Source: Chrysomallon squamiferum
Lineage: Eukaryota > Animalia > Mollusca
Direction: 5' to 3'
Assembly: GCA_012295275.1 (NCBI GenBank)
Contig: CM022672.1
Location: 15,128,001 to 15,192,000 of the forward strand
DNA: 64,000 nucleotides
How positions within the stretch are numbered: position 1 is the first letter of the stretch; every line of letters begins with the position of its first letter. Below are positions 39,267-54,500 of the stretch, piece by piece. The notes beneath the pieces are model-generated. The model saw nothing but the letters and a program-made list of their open reading frames with translations, was not told the DNA's origin and did not search any database. Made by a program: the position numbers and the translations under genes.

Positions 39267-42089
39267 CTGCGACAAAAAAAATAAAAAATAAAATTAATAC
39301 AAACACACATACATGTAATAAATAATAATCATTTTTTCATAATTGACTTAGTACCTTGATTATTTTACTCTAACTATTTCAAGCTAATCATAATCATTTT
39401 CTTGATTACCTGTTTCACATATTATTCATAGAAAATTTAGTATCTGTAAGCTTTTAAAAAATATATATATATATTTTTTTATATATATGGGAATAAGGTA
39501 ACAAAATAACAATAAAAAACAAACAAAAATCAAAAACACAAAAAACCCCACAAAAACCAACATATATCTACAAACAAAATATATTTAACTATTTTCAAAT
39601 ATCACTACAGATGTTAACTTAAGCAGACGAGAAAGAATAGTCTTACTGAATAAATAATAACAGATGCTGTAGATAAAAAAGCCATTACCTGATATTTTTC
39701 AAAGAAAGCTTTATAGCCGCCCTCCAGGAGGTAGATCTCAGGGTACAGAAGCCCAGGGTAGCAGTCTTTGTTCATTTCTCGATCTCGGTTCCGCAGAAAT
39801 CTTGATCTAAATACATGCAGTAAGCAATCTAAGTTTTTCAGCATTAGGTAATTATGTAACAAGTTAAAAATGCTTATCTCCCAGACTAACTAAAAAAAAC
39901 CAACTGAAACCTGATTTTTGCAATTTGTTCATCTTTTTTCTCTTCATCTAGCAAAATAACAACATAATTTTGTTAAATATGTTCAACATCCACGATATTA
40001 TATGTAATTAAATAATATAAATGAACTTTTATTAATTTAGAAACCAAAAAAAACAAAAAACAAAAACAACAACAAAGTTGTTTTTTTCTTCTCTGCAATA
40101 TTACATGATTCATTCCACAGTTCTGTCTGGATTTTTAATTTTTGTGATATCTAAATTAGTTAATCTCCCTAACAACTCCAAGAAATATCACTTGCACTTA
40201 CAGATTTGGCCCTCTTTCTGATGAGAATTCACAATGGAAAATAAGAACTAGCTGTTTTCCATTCTTGTCTTTTGCCCAAGGCTTTTGAATAAATTCCTTT
40301 ATTATTAAATCTTTGGTGTATAAATTTTTAGCTCCCTGCAAAAAAATTATACAGAATAATAATAAAGAAAAGGAATTTTTTTTTAAACAAAACCAAAAAG
40401 TGTTGATAATAACAAACACTTTCTGTAATTTACCAACTAATTAGATTTATTAGCTTTAAATAATTGTTGAAAGATTTGGCATTGTAGTATTCTTTGTCAC
40501 CTTTTAAATTTTACTTGTTAATGAAAGCTAGTAACTGAGGGTTTTGCAGAGGGGAGTAATTTTAGTTTTTTTTTCATTTATGCAGATTATTTACCTCTTC
40601 ATCAATGTATATTAACTACATTATGTCAATTCCTTAACTTCTGAATTTTTAGAACACTTTATACTTGTGTGCTCAAAAGTGAAAATTTAATTCCTCTGTT
40701 TACTATTTATGGTTAGATTAATTTTTACTTTTAATCAATCAATAACTATTATATTTGCTTAGTTTCTATATTTTTTTAATCTTACCAACAGATAACTTAA
40801 GGACATTCTATAAAGTATGTATGCTTAAAGAAAAGAGCTATTCTTGCATTGGTTTTGAAGAGGTAAAAATGAATATAAAAAGTATGCATGTGGAATTAAA
40901 TAATGTGTTAGGGATTTTAATTCCAGTTAAATGTTTGATGTCTATATATTACTGATTTACAATTTATCCAGACTTATTCTTACTGGCTCCATTTGTATGG
41001 GAGGGAAGAGGAACGGTTTGTATATGGATGTATCTGTTACATTTGTATATATATATTAAGTAAAAACAGCTTTTATTATTTACTAATTATCTACAAATTA
41101 CTGATTTAAAACTTATCTTTACTGATTCTTAGAGGAGCTATATGTACGGGAGGTAAGAGGAAGGGTTTGTATATGGGTGTAGATGTTGATCTCTTACATT
41201 AGTATATATATTTAAAAAAAAAAAACAGAATTAGGTTATTTACTAAGTGTCTATAAATTACTAATTTAGAATCTATCAAACAAACTACTGATTCCTGGAA
41301 GATCACTGGCTACTAGAGAAGAAAGGGGTGTTTACTGGTTGTGTAAGCGGAATCTCTTACATTAGTGCATACATACTTTATGACTGGCCCATTACCTGTA
41401 CATGTCCACCAGTGTATTCGTATGGGTAGCGGCAGTCCACTATGCAGTGATCATAAATGACATCATTATATTGATCAGTCATCAGTGCATAGAGCTGAAA
41501 AATTAAGTTGTTCTGTAATAATGTCCAAATAAACCGTTGTAACAATCTGATTTATCAGTTATACATGTCAGATTTTCCTTAGATTGAAGTCAAAATGAAC
41601 TGTTGAACCAATAAAAACTGATAAAAAAAACTTGAATAGAGGTAACCATCATGTTAAAATAAAGTTTTATACTAATAGTTTACTGAAATGAAATGATTTA
41701 CCATTCAGAATTGTAACTGAATATTCTCAGTTTTTTATTTATTTGAATAATAAAGGTTTTACAGAAATAACCTACTGATGTTATACATAAGTTATATTTT
41801 TTACAACTAGTAGCAAGGAATCTGTTATAACCAGAATAAAACAAAACACAGTTAGCAGGATTAATATTTCAGACAAGCACATTCAGTTACTACAGTTTTA
41901 CCACACATACTGAACACTATCTTTGCTAATGTATTAATAATATATTAATATTTACAGCCATCCATTACATTAAGTTTCCAATCATGCAAGCCAATATTCC
42001 AAAACCCTCTGAATTAGAAATATATATGATGGTTTTGGGGTTAATATATTAGTAGTAAATTCAATAGTATATTGCTAGAAATTATTAAA

Positions 42090-42129
<40 letters not shown>

Positions 42130-45100
42130 GAAGTCTTATTTATAACTACTACTAATGCAGATTCTGAAAAATAACATATCCATAAATCATTTTGAAAGTG
42201 AAAATATAATAAATTCTGCAAGACTAGAATAAAGAAATCGTAATTTAGATATAATTCAGTTAGAAATGAAATATATGGGAAGTGAAACATAGGGGAATAT
42301 TAAATCCTCTACGTTTATTAACAGGATGAGATCAAACTGCATTTTAGATCCAAGTTTAATTTGACAATTAAAATGTAATTGAATAAAAATATAAAATACC
42401 AACAGATATGTATCTGATGTTTCTGAAATCAATCTTGCACACATAGTTAGACACACTGTTATTAATTAACGTTGGTGAATACGTAGATTTCTCATAATTA
42501 ACATATTTACATAGTAACAGTTCTATTTGAACTACATATAATATATGAATAATATATCTGTAAAACATGTAGATGGTTTGGTTCATGAAATAAGCACAAT
42601 ACACACATGGACGTCAGTTTGTGCTATTTTAATGGTTAGGAAAGCAATAAATTAATATTCACTAAGGCAAATGTGGCCATTACTGAAACGAAAAAAAAAG
42701 AGTTAAATATGTGCATCTATCTGATTAGACTAATTACTAATAAATCTGTTAGCAGTGATTCACAAGTACTATTTCTGTCAAAATAATAATACAGCGACAA
42801 AAAAATAATAATATAGTCAAAGACTGGACCAGTTCCAGTATAAAAAGATGATACTGATTCACTGACAAATATATAAAGCAAAAAATAAAGAGAAAGAAGA
42901 AACGTCATAAATTAAAAAAGGAAATTATTAATAAAAAGATATAACTGAGCAAAAAACCAGTTATTGTACTTGTGCAGTCTAGAAGCAACAGTTCTAATTG
43001 CAACAGGGAAAAGCTAAAAGGCAGTTAATAAACAAAAAGCCACAAAGATCTAGAAAGCACTAGTCACAGCAGTGAGGAAGGTAAATATCAAAAGATACAT
43101 GAAACAGGAGCACTAGTACATACAGTATCTGGAGTGATGCCTTTCAAGTCCTGGTGTTTGCTGGGAACTGTTGGCAAACAGTAAGGCTGAAAGGAAAGAA
43201 ATGGCAAAGCAGTATGTAACAGTTTTACTAAACAGAGGAAATAATATAAAATAAACAATTACCTGAACGTATAATTGTACATATGCAAAAAACCTGGTGG
43301 TAAGAAATAAACTGAATAATCAAATGATACAAATGGTAAATGATTTTGTTAATTCTAAAAATTAAAGAAATAATAATTAGAATAAATAAATAAAAGATAA
43401 AAACAAACAAACAAATAAATTAATAATATTGTTTTATTCATTTTTCCTTTCCAAATTTTAAGCTTCTGTGTTCCGTTGCATGCAAAGATTTAACAATATC
43501 CACATTCAGCTTGCCTCCACATAATAAAATTGCAAACCAATTTAACAAATTAATTATATTAATCTGCTTCAAATTAGTCTGACTAACCCACCTTTTTTCA
43601 ATAATTCTAGAAATTACCGTCACTGCATTGAAAAAGGATGATAAAGCAAATAATAAAAACAAAAGAAAAAACAAAAGAAAATAACAGACAAAAGACAAAC
43701 AGAGAAGACAAGTCATATTAACTGAGATTAAAAGAAGGTGAACTATATATTCAAATATATAATCAGAAATGTATACAAATTACATACATTAATGAATAAT
43801 GAGTCCTGGTATAAACACAAAAATCTATTACCTAACAAATAGTTCATCCAAATTTTTACAGCTGAAACAACATGATCCTTATTGGCATTTCTATCATATA
43901 TTGAAAACCACAGTATATATCCATTAAAACAGAATCAGAATGGTTTCTACTCTGAAGATAACAAGCTTCTGAAGGTTTGAGCCAAGTCCCAAAAATACAG
44001 GTTTTATTAACTCTGGGGCACCCCCATTGTAAATGTCTAAAGTCCAATTACCACCAGAAAAGGTAAGTATTTGTTATTATTTGTTGTAAATGTGTGGCAT
44101 TTTCTTCCAGGCTCTCAAATGAATGAATACACATATATTGCTATTTTCATAATTATCATACACCATCACAGACAAACAGACAATTTTACCTTTGAACAAT
44201 CCCCTATCAAGTCAGGTTCCTCACTAAGTCGTGCACAGGCTGACATCATCAGAGCTTCATTTGCAGAATGACAGCGATGTAGTGATCTAGAAGATGCAAC
44301 CTGAACCACAAAAAAAAAAAAAAAAAAATAAAAATAACACCACTGCACAAAGATCGCTAATTTTACTGCATTATTAACTGCTAAATAAATAAAATTATTT
44401 TTCACATCATGTATACGTATAACAAATGCTACTGTAATATTGAGTGAATAATTATCAAATTTTCAGCATTTTATTATTGACAGCTCAATTTTTAAATATA
44501 AAGCAAAGATAATCATCTAAATTGTTTCAGAATCAATCAGTACTATGTTAATAAATATTTTATATTTAAGTAGATAAATATATAACTAATGAACAAAAAA
44601 AAATATATATTTATAAACTTTATTAATACAAAGTGTGTACGTATGTGAGTGCATGCAAAAACACACATGCTGCACGTTCATTTTGGTTAACATTTATACT
44701 TTAACAATTAGAAAAATTAAGTTTTATCTATATATGAAATTACAGTTTTGTAAGTTGAACTCTTACTTTCTGAACAGCAGGAACAGTTTTTTTTATATTA
44801 GATTATCAGGAAAAAAAACAATAAAAATAAATCAAAAATAAAAATTACCGCCTTCATATCAACTTCAGCATAATCATCACCATCATTGTCATTGTCAGTT
44901 CCAGGTTTCCTACGTTTATTTTGAATTGGTGCCATTTCATCTTGGGGTGGGTCAGAGCGTTTAAATGACAGCTGTGTTCTCACATCAAATGACTGTGATC
45001 TAATAAACCTCCGAGCTATGCTTCGTCTGGTCTGTAAAATTATATTTAGACACAACTACAGAAAACACTGCCTCTTCAGAAGGTAAAAAACAAAGAGGTG

Positions 45101-45303
45101 CATTTTTTTTTTAATTAGAAGCTGAAATTTCTGGTACATTTATGTTAGTTTGGTCTTTGAAATAATAATAATAAAATAAATTATTTAAAATTGTTGAAAC
45201 TAAAGCAGACATACATATGATGTGAAGTTTACTCTTTCCACCAAACATTTCTAATATTACATGTGTAAAAAAAAAAAAAAAAGAAAAAAAGGAAGAATAT
45301 ATG

Positions 45304-45395
<92 letters not shown>

Positions 45396-47924
45396 TGTAA
45401 ATATATATGGTTTATAAAAGTCATAAACTGTACTCCAGGTATCACCATTAACAAAGTTTAAAAACAATTAAATAGCCTTTTTAAAAGATACGAAGCATGG
45501 AAAATATTTATCATCTAAAACATGTTGAATTTAAAAAATGAAAATTAAAATTGTACTGAAGACTTATTACACAACTTCTTGCAAATCACTTGCATAATGT
45601 TTAAAGATGGGAACAATTCCCATTCGTAACTGTGTGATCTGATAAGGAAAGAATAAAAAATAGATCCTGTCAAACGAACAGAAACAGCCTATTCTGGATC
45701 TGATCTGTTCAGGAAGAAAAGAACATGTGAGAGTTTACACACAGCTCAAAGTTAAGAAGGAGACTTACAACAGGAGTAGTATCATCATCATCTGTGAACT
45801 TGGGTAACTTATTCAGAACTGGAGCACTGAACAATTTGGCCATGCTTCCCGGAACCTGGTCATTAATCTGGAAAAGATTGAATTCTTTAACTAGGTTAGC
45901 CAAACTGATTTTAAAACATTACTGTGACAAAATGAATGATACAGAAGAATGGTGTCTTTGGTATTTTCGACAGCATTTTTACTGTTAACATATTTCCTAC
46001 TATATTGTTAGTGTAATAATGATTTAAAAAAAATAAAAAAAAAAAATAAAATAAAACAAACAAAAAAGCATTGTAACATTAATCAGGAAAAAATTTTATT
46101 CTTGAACTAGGTAATCCAATCACTCTAAGAAAATTATCTTGATAAAAAGAATGATGTGAAAACATGTAGCATCCATGGTATTTTCCAAAGTAATTTGTAC
46201 TGTTAAATGTTTCAAACCACACACACACACACACACACTCTTCATTGAAAAAAAAAATCTGAATGGCACTGTAATTCACTGAAGTTTACAGACAAGCATT
46301 AGACACCTGTGCATTACATCTGGACCTACCAAAGATTTAATATTAGATAATCTACTGCTGCATTTCAGTCACCTTATTTTAAGTTGTTTCTGATAAAACA
46401 AAATACTTACACAAACTGAGCATCAAGTCTATTATGCAGCATAATGGATTTTACAAAATATCTATACAAACTGAGTTTATAAATTACAATTGACTCTTGC
46501 ATTCAATTATTCTGAAAAATGTTGTTTTTTGTTTTTTGAGCAAGTAAAAATCACATAAATATATATTTTTTTCTTTTCCTGAACAAAATAACTATTTCTG
46601 TGAATGATGTCTCTTACATCTTTAGTTAAACAAAAATTTCAAAAAAATTTTCAGTTCGGTTTTAAATATTTTTAAAAAAAATGCCCTTATTACCGTAGCT
46701 ACTTCTTGGTCAAAGATTTCCAAGAAGCCATCATCCACATCACCTTCACTGCTAGTTAGTGGAGACATTTTTAAATTAACAGGACTAGTTGAACCGACTG
46801 TGGGCAAGGGTCCATCTTCATTCTGAAATGATAAAACTTATCATGTAATTTTTTTAAACATCTGAAAGTAATGATTATTAAATTTCACTGACAAAATATT
46901 TAAACAAATTCAACTTTAAAATGAACAGCTCCATCATACTAAAAATGTCATGAACTGTGAACCTAATTCTGACAGTGATCAAACTGAGATGGTGAGTTTT
47001 CAATTTTTACATGTTAATTGAAAAAAAAACAAAAAAACATTAATAATATTTTTAAGATTAAAACAAACCACTTTTTTTTAATAAATCAATAATAAAGAAT
47101 TTAAAAAAATTATAAATGTAAAATGGATAAAGCTTACTGAAGGACTGAATGTTTCAGAAAATGATCTTTTCTTCGACGGAGATTTGACTGGGGAATATTT
47201 CTGAGGTGAGCAAGTGTCCTCACTAATTATCTTTGACCTTCGGGGTGGTACTTTGGCAGGAACAGCAAATCTAAAGCGTTCATCCTGTTACAAACAAAAC
47301 AAAAAGTTAAAAATATTTTTTTTATTAAAGAATACACAAGAGCTTTTTAATTGTGTTTGTTTTGTTTTTTTTTTTTTTTTTTTTTTTTAATACAAATACT
47401 TATTATTAAATGAAGCATTCAGTACTTTTCTCACACCTAATTTTATGCTTTTTACAATTTTACATACATGTACATACACATTCTGTCTTTAGTTAGATAT
47501 ATATGGATGTTTTATCAATAAAAAAAAAATTGGATAATTAAGATATATGTATCTTAATTATCCAATTTTTTTTTTAACTGATAAAACAGTGTAATTACAA
47601 ACATAGTGTACATATAACACAGTAATAACATGTTTAAAATATTAAATAAAACAGATAGTCTCCTCTTTCTCTCAAAATGTTGAGAGAAATTTAAATGTAC
47701 CTTATCCTTGTCAATATCAATACCACTGTCTTGTGAACTGGACTCATCCAGATCCAGAATGTGGTTTTCAGAAAACAAATCTACATCATCATCATGTTTG
47801 TCACATGCAAATGAATTCTCCTTGTCTTGGAAATCAGTTGGACTGTCATATCTTAACATTGGTAGCTGAAGAAAAAAAAGTTATTACCAATATATTTTCT
47901 TTAACTAGAAAAAAGACTGGTAAC

Positions 47925-47957
<33 letters not shown>

Positions 47958-48511
47958 CAATTAAAAAAAATTTCACAAGAATTTATGACAGTTAATGTAA
48001 AAATGTAATAGCATAGCATGTTCTGTATTATTTATTGTTTAAACCTATAATAGCACTGTTTCAATGGACCCCATCACTGTATCAGTCAATAATAAATTAA
48101 GATGTCTGTTACCTTGAAAGTAAGCAAAATGAAAGTTTAATTACATCACTTTTGTTCCACATAGAGAATTTCCTTTGTTAACTGAACTTGGCACTACTAC
48201 TGGAATCCAAAATTACCCTTGTTAACATTCTATCATTTTTCTATATTTTCTAAAACTAAATCTTGTTTATCAATCAATATAATGTGCATCCAAATTATTT
48301 TTACTATTTCATATTTCACAATTCAATAATTAAGTTGTGAGACTTTTTCTTCACAAAATAATGCAAGTAATTATAGAAATTCAAATAAAAATTGTGAATT
48401 ATTTTTGCTATATTATTACTTACAGGTGAAGAGTCTATTTTTCTAAATGCTATCGTCTTCTTTCTGAAAACATTAAATAAATAAAAATTAAAAATTAAAA
48501 ATTAAAAAAAA

Positions 48512-48574
<63 letters not shown>

Positions 48575-51500
48575 AAATGAAATGAAATGAAATAAAATAC
48601 ATTAAAATAATAGACATATTTCCAGTAAAATGTAGGAAAAATAGTGTATGACACGTTTATAATCACTACACAACTTACTTTGAAAAGGCATCTGGTGGAA
48701 TGTCAACATTTCTTTTGAATACACTACTAAAACGGTGCAAGCTGCAAAAACAAAACAAACAATATGGAATGAGTGTTTAACTTCCAAAAAGCATTTTGTA
48801 ATAAAATACTACATGCACAAAATAAATTATATTTCTAGATAACTGCAAATGTTTAAATTTTTGAAACAGAAGTATAATTACATTATGATCGTGTTACACA
48901 ATGCCATGTATTACACAGGTGGTTAAATGAAGCCATGTTGTGAAAGGAAACAAGAGACAAAGGATTTACATTCTGACTCAAATTAGTAACAACACCAGTC
49001 AGAGATTTAGCACCTGCTTGTTCTAAAAACGACACATAATCTTGCAGGCCCAATTTTAGTTATTATTCTACAGCAAGCCAATTTGTTGAAACAACATTTT
49101 TGTTAATTCTGTTTTGATCACAGAATAAGACTTATTCTTTCCTTTCATCTCTCTCTCAACACCTCAGATTCCAAAATCTATTAATTATCTATGCTGGATA
49201 TTTCGAGCGGTTTGTTGAAACAGCATTTTCTCTTACTGTGCTTTGACAACATTACACGAGTTCTTCAACACTTTTTTTTCTCTCATAACACCACCAAAAC
49301 AAAAATCTATTACCTAACAAATAGTTCATCCAAATTTCTACAGCAAGCCAGTGAGCTGAAACAACATGTTCCTTATTGGCGTTTATATCTTACAACACAA
49401 ATTACATGTATTTCTTATTCTTAACACTTTATATTCAATGTATACTGGACATTTTGTTCAGTTTTCTAAAGCAAGTATGTTTGATGCAACAACTCTTTCT
49501 TTTACTGTCTTTTGATTAAACAACAGAAATTGTTCTTTCCTTTTATTTATTAAAAAGTCTCTATTGCATTGTTTGTTTCATTTTCCTGCAGCAAGCCAGT
49601 TTTTTGGAACAGTATTTTCAATTAATTGTGTTTTGAACAACAAACAGAACTCACATAACACTTCATATTTAAAATCTATTAACAATCCATGCTAGATATT
49701 TTGTTCAGTTTTCTATAGAAAGCCAGTTTATTGAAACAATGCATTCAATAACCATTCTTCTTCACTCACCCTCAACACCTCATATTCAGAAACTATTAAC
49801 TATCTATGTGGAACAGTTTTCTGAGTAGGAAGATTTAAGAGTGAGAAGCAGTTATGGAGTAGGTCATTAGGAACCAATGAACTTGTATCAGCAGGAACAC
49901 AAAGGATCTTCTTCTCTCCAGGGAAAGTAATTCAGTGATGGACAAAGGAATAGGTTCTGCAGGATATGCTAAAACAACACCTTGAAACCTTAATTATACT
50001 AACAATGTTATGCTGCATTCCCAAGACAATTTAATCAAACAAAATGCTGGATCAAAATCAGTTCATTTAATCTTTAATCTAAGAACGGGTGGTCAGTTTT
50101 TCATCTGTACAACATAAACAGAAATGCCAATGTTGTGATATTTGAATTTTAATCTTTACAAGAAAATCTGGTTGTAATGACAAATATAATTAATCTTATC
50201 TAAGCAGTGAGTGGAGTAAAGAAAATATTTTAAAGGAAATTAACTCGATTAGATAAGCCAAAGTTCTTGGTAAACATTTCTTTAGATATATTATTATTAT
50301 ATTATTTTGTTGTTGTTTTTTTTTAAAGAAAGAAAAATAAAGGATGACACATGGGTTAATATTTTTAACAAAAAAAAAAAAAGGAATAAAAAAAGAGGAA
50401 TACAACAATCCAATAAATAAAAAACACACAAAAAATCCCAACAATAATAAATAAATAAATAACACTGTAATAATAATTATTAATATTAAATGTGGCTGAA
50501 GAACAAATACTGAGGGAATAAATAAGCATAAAATACATTTAAAAAAATAAAATAAAAAAAATAAATAAATAAAAATACAAATACATATATAATAATAAAA
50601 AAAAAAACAATTTTATCAGAAATTACAATGACTTTTAAATTTGATTACAAATCCCACAGATTCTCTAAGTTCAAAAACCTCACAAACCTAATCACTATTA
50701 AGTTAAAACCAACAACACAGAAAATGTCATCACTTTAAATTACACTAACAGCATAAATCTAACAGTTCCAAATATAATAAATACCAGAGATAAAAGAACA
50801 TAAAAACAGTTCTATGTTGAATGTTTTGCTGAAAGAAAAAGAAGGAATCAAAAGGATTACACCTATGAGTAAAAACCCCTTGAGATAATTCTCTTTCAGA
50901 AAAAAAAAAAAAATAGGATGCAGAGAGATTAAGTCACAAATATGCAAAGAAAGGCAGGCTGGGAAAGTTGTCAAAGTAGCCTAGGGCTCTCTGGATTACA
51001 GTCAAAACTTTTTGTGCATAGCAAGTTAATGCATCATGTACACAATCTACCATTGTAGTATGTAACAGAAAATTGCAAAGTTGTCCTCAGTTTTTGTTCC
51101 TGATCAGTTTAATTAAAACATCTAGTTCTGCAATGCAAAGCATTGTGGCCATTTATAAGGTTGATTATCTCTACAGTTATCACCAGTGTGGAATATAAAT
51201 TAAAGAGATTATTTAAAAGTTAATATGCAAAATATATTACTAATGGATTATTAAATGATTTTGTTAAGTTTTGAAAAAAAATAAAAAAAAATAAGAATAT
51301 CCACACTCAGTTATTATTATTATTAAAGTCACAAGGATTTTTAAATCAAATATATACATTAAAGACACAAGTTTAAAGAAATAAAATTAGAAACCATAAC
51401 TGGTTAAACTGTGATGGTATTTATATGGTATTTAGTTTTATGACTGATGACTAATCAGCTCTTTGACATAGTTAATATTAAAAAACAAAATAATAAATAA

Positions 51501-54500
51501 ATGAATAAAAAAAAAAAAAAAAAAACATTGAACATTTTGGTAAACAATTTACATTAGAAACTTAAGAGTATTTTAACTGAAAAAAACTTTAAAAACAAAT
51601 AATAATTTTTTGGAATAAAACAAATTTAATGTACTGCTAATATAATAGTTAAATTCTCCACTGATAACTAATTTGAATGGCAAAAACTTGTATTTAGTTT
51701 TTGGTTCTATCCTGATCAATGATTTTAATTGTTTAAGTAGAAACATTGTTGAAATCAAACTCAAATTAGAACATTCAGCTAACACATTAATAAAAAAATA
51801 CTTTTGATGAATAAAAAACAGCATTCATTTTTAATTTTATTACGTTACTAAATCACCTGTTTTAATTAATTCATTAAAAACACTTGACAAAAGAAATTAA
51901 TATCTGACTAGGATATTCATCAAATATCCCTTTGAAAGATCATTTATGATCGACATTTATTTATACCAGAGAACAATGAATTAGCTGCTTTGTATTATTT
52001 AATTAAAAATACTTATTGAAACAAATAAAAATGTATCATTCTTTACACATCAATTAAATATCCCTTTGAAAATTAATTTACAACAAGCAGTTGGTACTGG
52101 GTTTTATGAATTGGCTTATTTGATTAATTAAACACAGTAGAATAAGACCAGTGGCAATTATTTAAACATTGAAGAAACCTGTGAAATCAATGCAACAAAA
52201 CACAGTATCATCCTATTCAACTAATTGCTGTCCCTTTTTTCTTCAAGAAAAAGCCCAGAGTGTAGTCTGATTAAAATTTGAAAAAAGGGGTAAAAAAGTA
52301 TAATGAGCTTTTGAAAAATAAATCAAACATACTTTTAATTTAAGAATTGTAATAATGGCCCATCCACATCAAAGGAAGGAGAACAAACTGATCTCCTGCA
52401 GCTAAAATAACCATTCACTAATTCTTGCATTGTAAAAAAGGCCCTTACTGATGTAATGCATTTAAGATGATAAATGGAGTGACCAGCCTTGAATTACAAA
52501 GCAACAAGGGAAAAAGAGTAATAAAAAGAGTTGTGCTGGATTAAAAGTCTTCTCAAAACAATAAAGGATGTCTGACAATAGTGTTCATTCCACTGAAACT
52601 GGGAGTCGATTGTGCAATCTTCTCACATTCCGGAATGGGAAAAACAAATTCTTTTTATGACTGTAGATAAAACAGTCACATTTACTGTCATGGTAGTACA
52701 ACTGAATAATAGTTGTTAGGTTTAATAATCATCCACAAGAGAAATAAAAAATACCATTACAAATCATGATATCCATTCCATTCATTTTCTGATCGGCTGT
52801 TTAATAGATTAAACATTTGTTAGGTTTACAAAGTAATAATAATAATAATAATAAATACTGTCATGGCAATTAACAGAAAAATGAGTGCTACACAAAAATA
52901 AAAAATAAACATTGTTACCAATTAAGATGTCTACAAATCCATCAATAGTGATAAAACAATTATGATGACTGTCCAACAGTTGTTATATCAATGAAGAATA
53001 AAGATTAAAATAAACAAGTACATAAAATAGCTAATTAAATAAAATAAATAAAATGCAGATACAGATAGAGATATAAATAAATAAATAAATAAATAGATTA
53101 AAATAAAAAATAAAATAAGATTCATGATAAAATATGCTATCCATAAAGTGGTGCATTACAATTAACAACTTTTTATTTTCGTTACACTGATATAATGTCT
53201 GAAATACAAATCAGATTATCACAGTACTAATAATAATATTTAAAAAATAAATTTCTTTCTTTGTCTTTTTATATTATTATTATTATTATTATTATTTTTA
53301 TTTTATTATTTTGTTTATTTAAATCAACTGAATAACAATGAATTAATAAATAAATATTTTCAGTAGCTGGGAAAACTGAGATGTCCTTATAAATATAATT
53401 TATTCATCTGTTATGGTGGCTATGTTCCTTTATCATTCATTTCTTCAAACATTTTTACAGTGGAAAACTACATAAAGGAAAATGTAAATAGCATTTAAAA
53501 TTTTGTTGCTATTTTGACCGACAGTGAAACAGTAATTTCTACAGCTATTCTTGGCATTCAGTTTTATTAGTACCCACCCATACATACACATACACATACA
53601 CATAGGGGCAGCTGCCTTAAAGAAAAGTAAAAGCTTTTCAGTGTGTTGCAGTAGGTGTTAATTCAGACCAACTACTCAAACATTGGGCTGTAAAACACCA
53701 CAGTGTATTTTACAATATTCCAAAGGTGATTTAGCCACCAGTGGGAATTCCTGGGGCCAATTAGCCAATCAGGTTTTAACAACTCCGTCTTAATTGGCAG
53801 TTCTGCAGTTCCTACTGTGCAGCCATGGCTCCAGGCAGTGACTTTTAAAACTTCTTCAATAGTACACAGTAAATCAGTGAAAAGCAGAAAGAGAATTTTA
53901 TTACTGCAAAGTGTAGTACAAAGGAATGCACTTAAATAAAAGCATGGTTAAACCCTGAGGTATAAAAATATATATGTCCATGTCAACATGCATTATTATT
54001 TAGCTAAAACCCTAAACTGATACCCTATACACACACATTATTGACTGCAAGTGTTATGTGGATGCATTTTATTTACCTATCATAGGTATTTCAAGTTTTT
54101 TTGTAAGTTCTTGAAGGTTGTGTAATGGGCTAATCATTAAGATATTTTGTTAAATTAGTGTAAAATTAGATGAGTTTCAGAAAAAATAATGTAATATAAA
54201 CAAATTCTTTAATTGTCATTATAATTATTATGTTTATTAGAAATAATTAAATAAGATACCCTGTGCAACTGTAATATGTTTTGCATAAAAGTATAAAAAA
54301 AAATCTTATAAAAATGAAAGAAAAAAAAAATTAAATAAAAAGATAGGAAAAGGAAAAAAAAAAATCAAAATAATAATAAATTGGTGGGGGGGTGGATTTG
54401 CTGGATTATTTGTTTTAAGTGGTACCATAAAAATTCTAAAATAAAACACTTTTCAGAAAAACTCAAAATAAATGAATATCTGAACAAATACAGGAATTTC

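Noticed and set aside
49800-49970. Possible extra cdc25 exon
   Set aside because: The required phase hits a stop quickly, and the gene model is complete without it.
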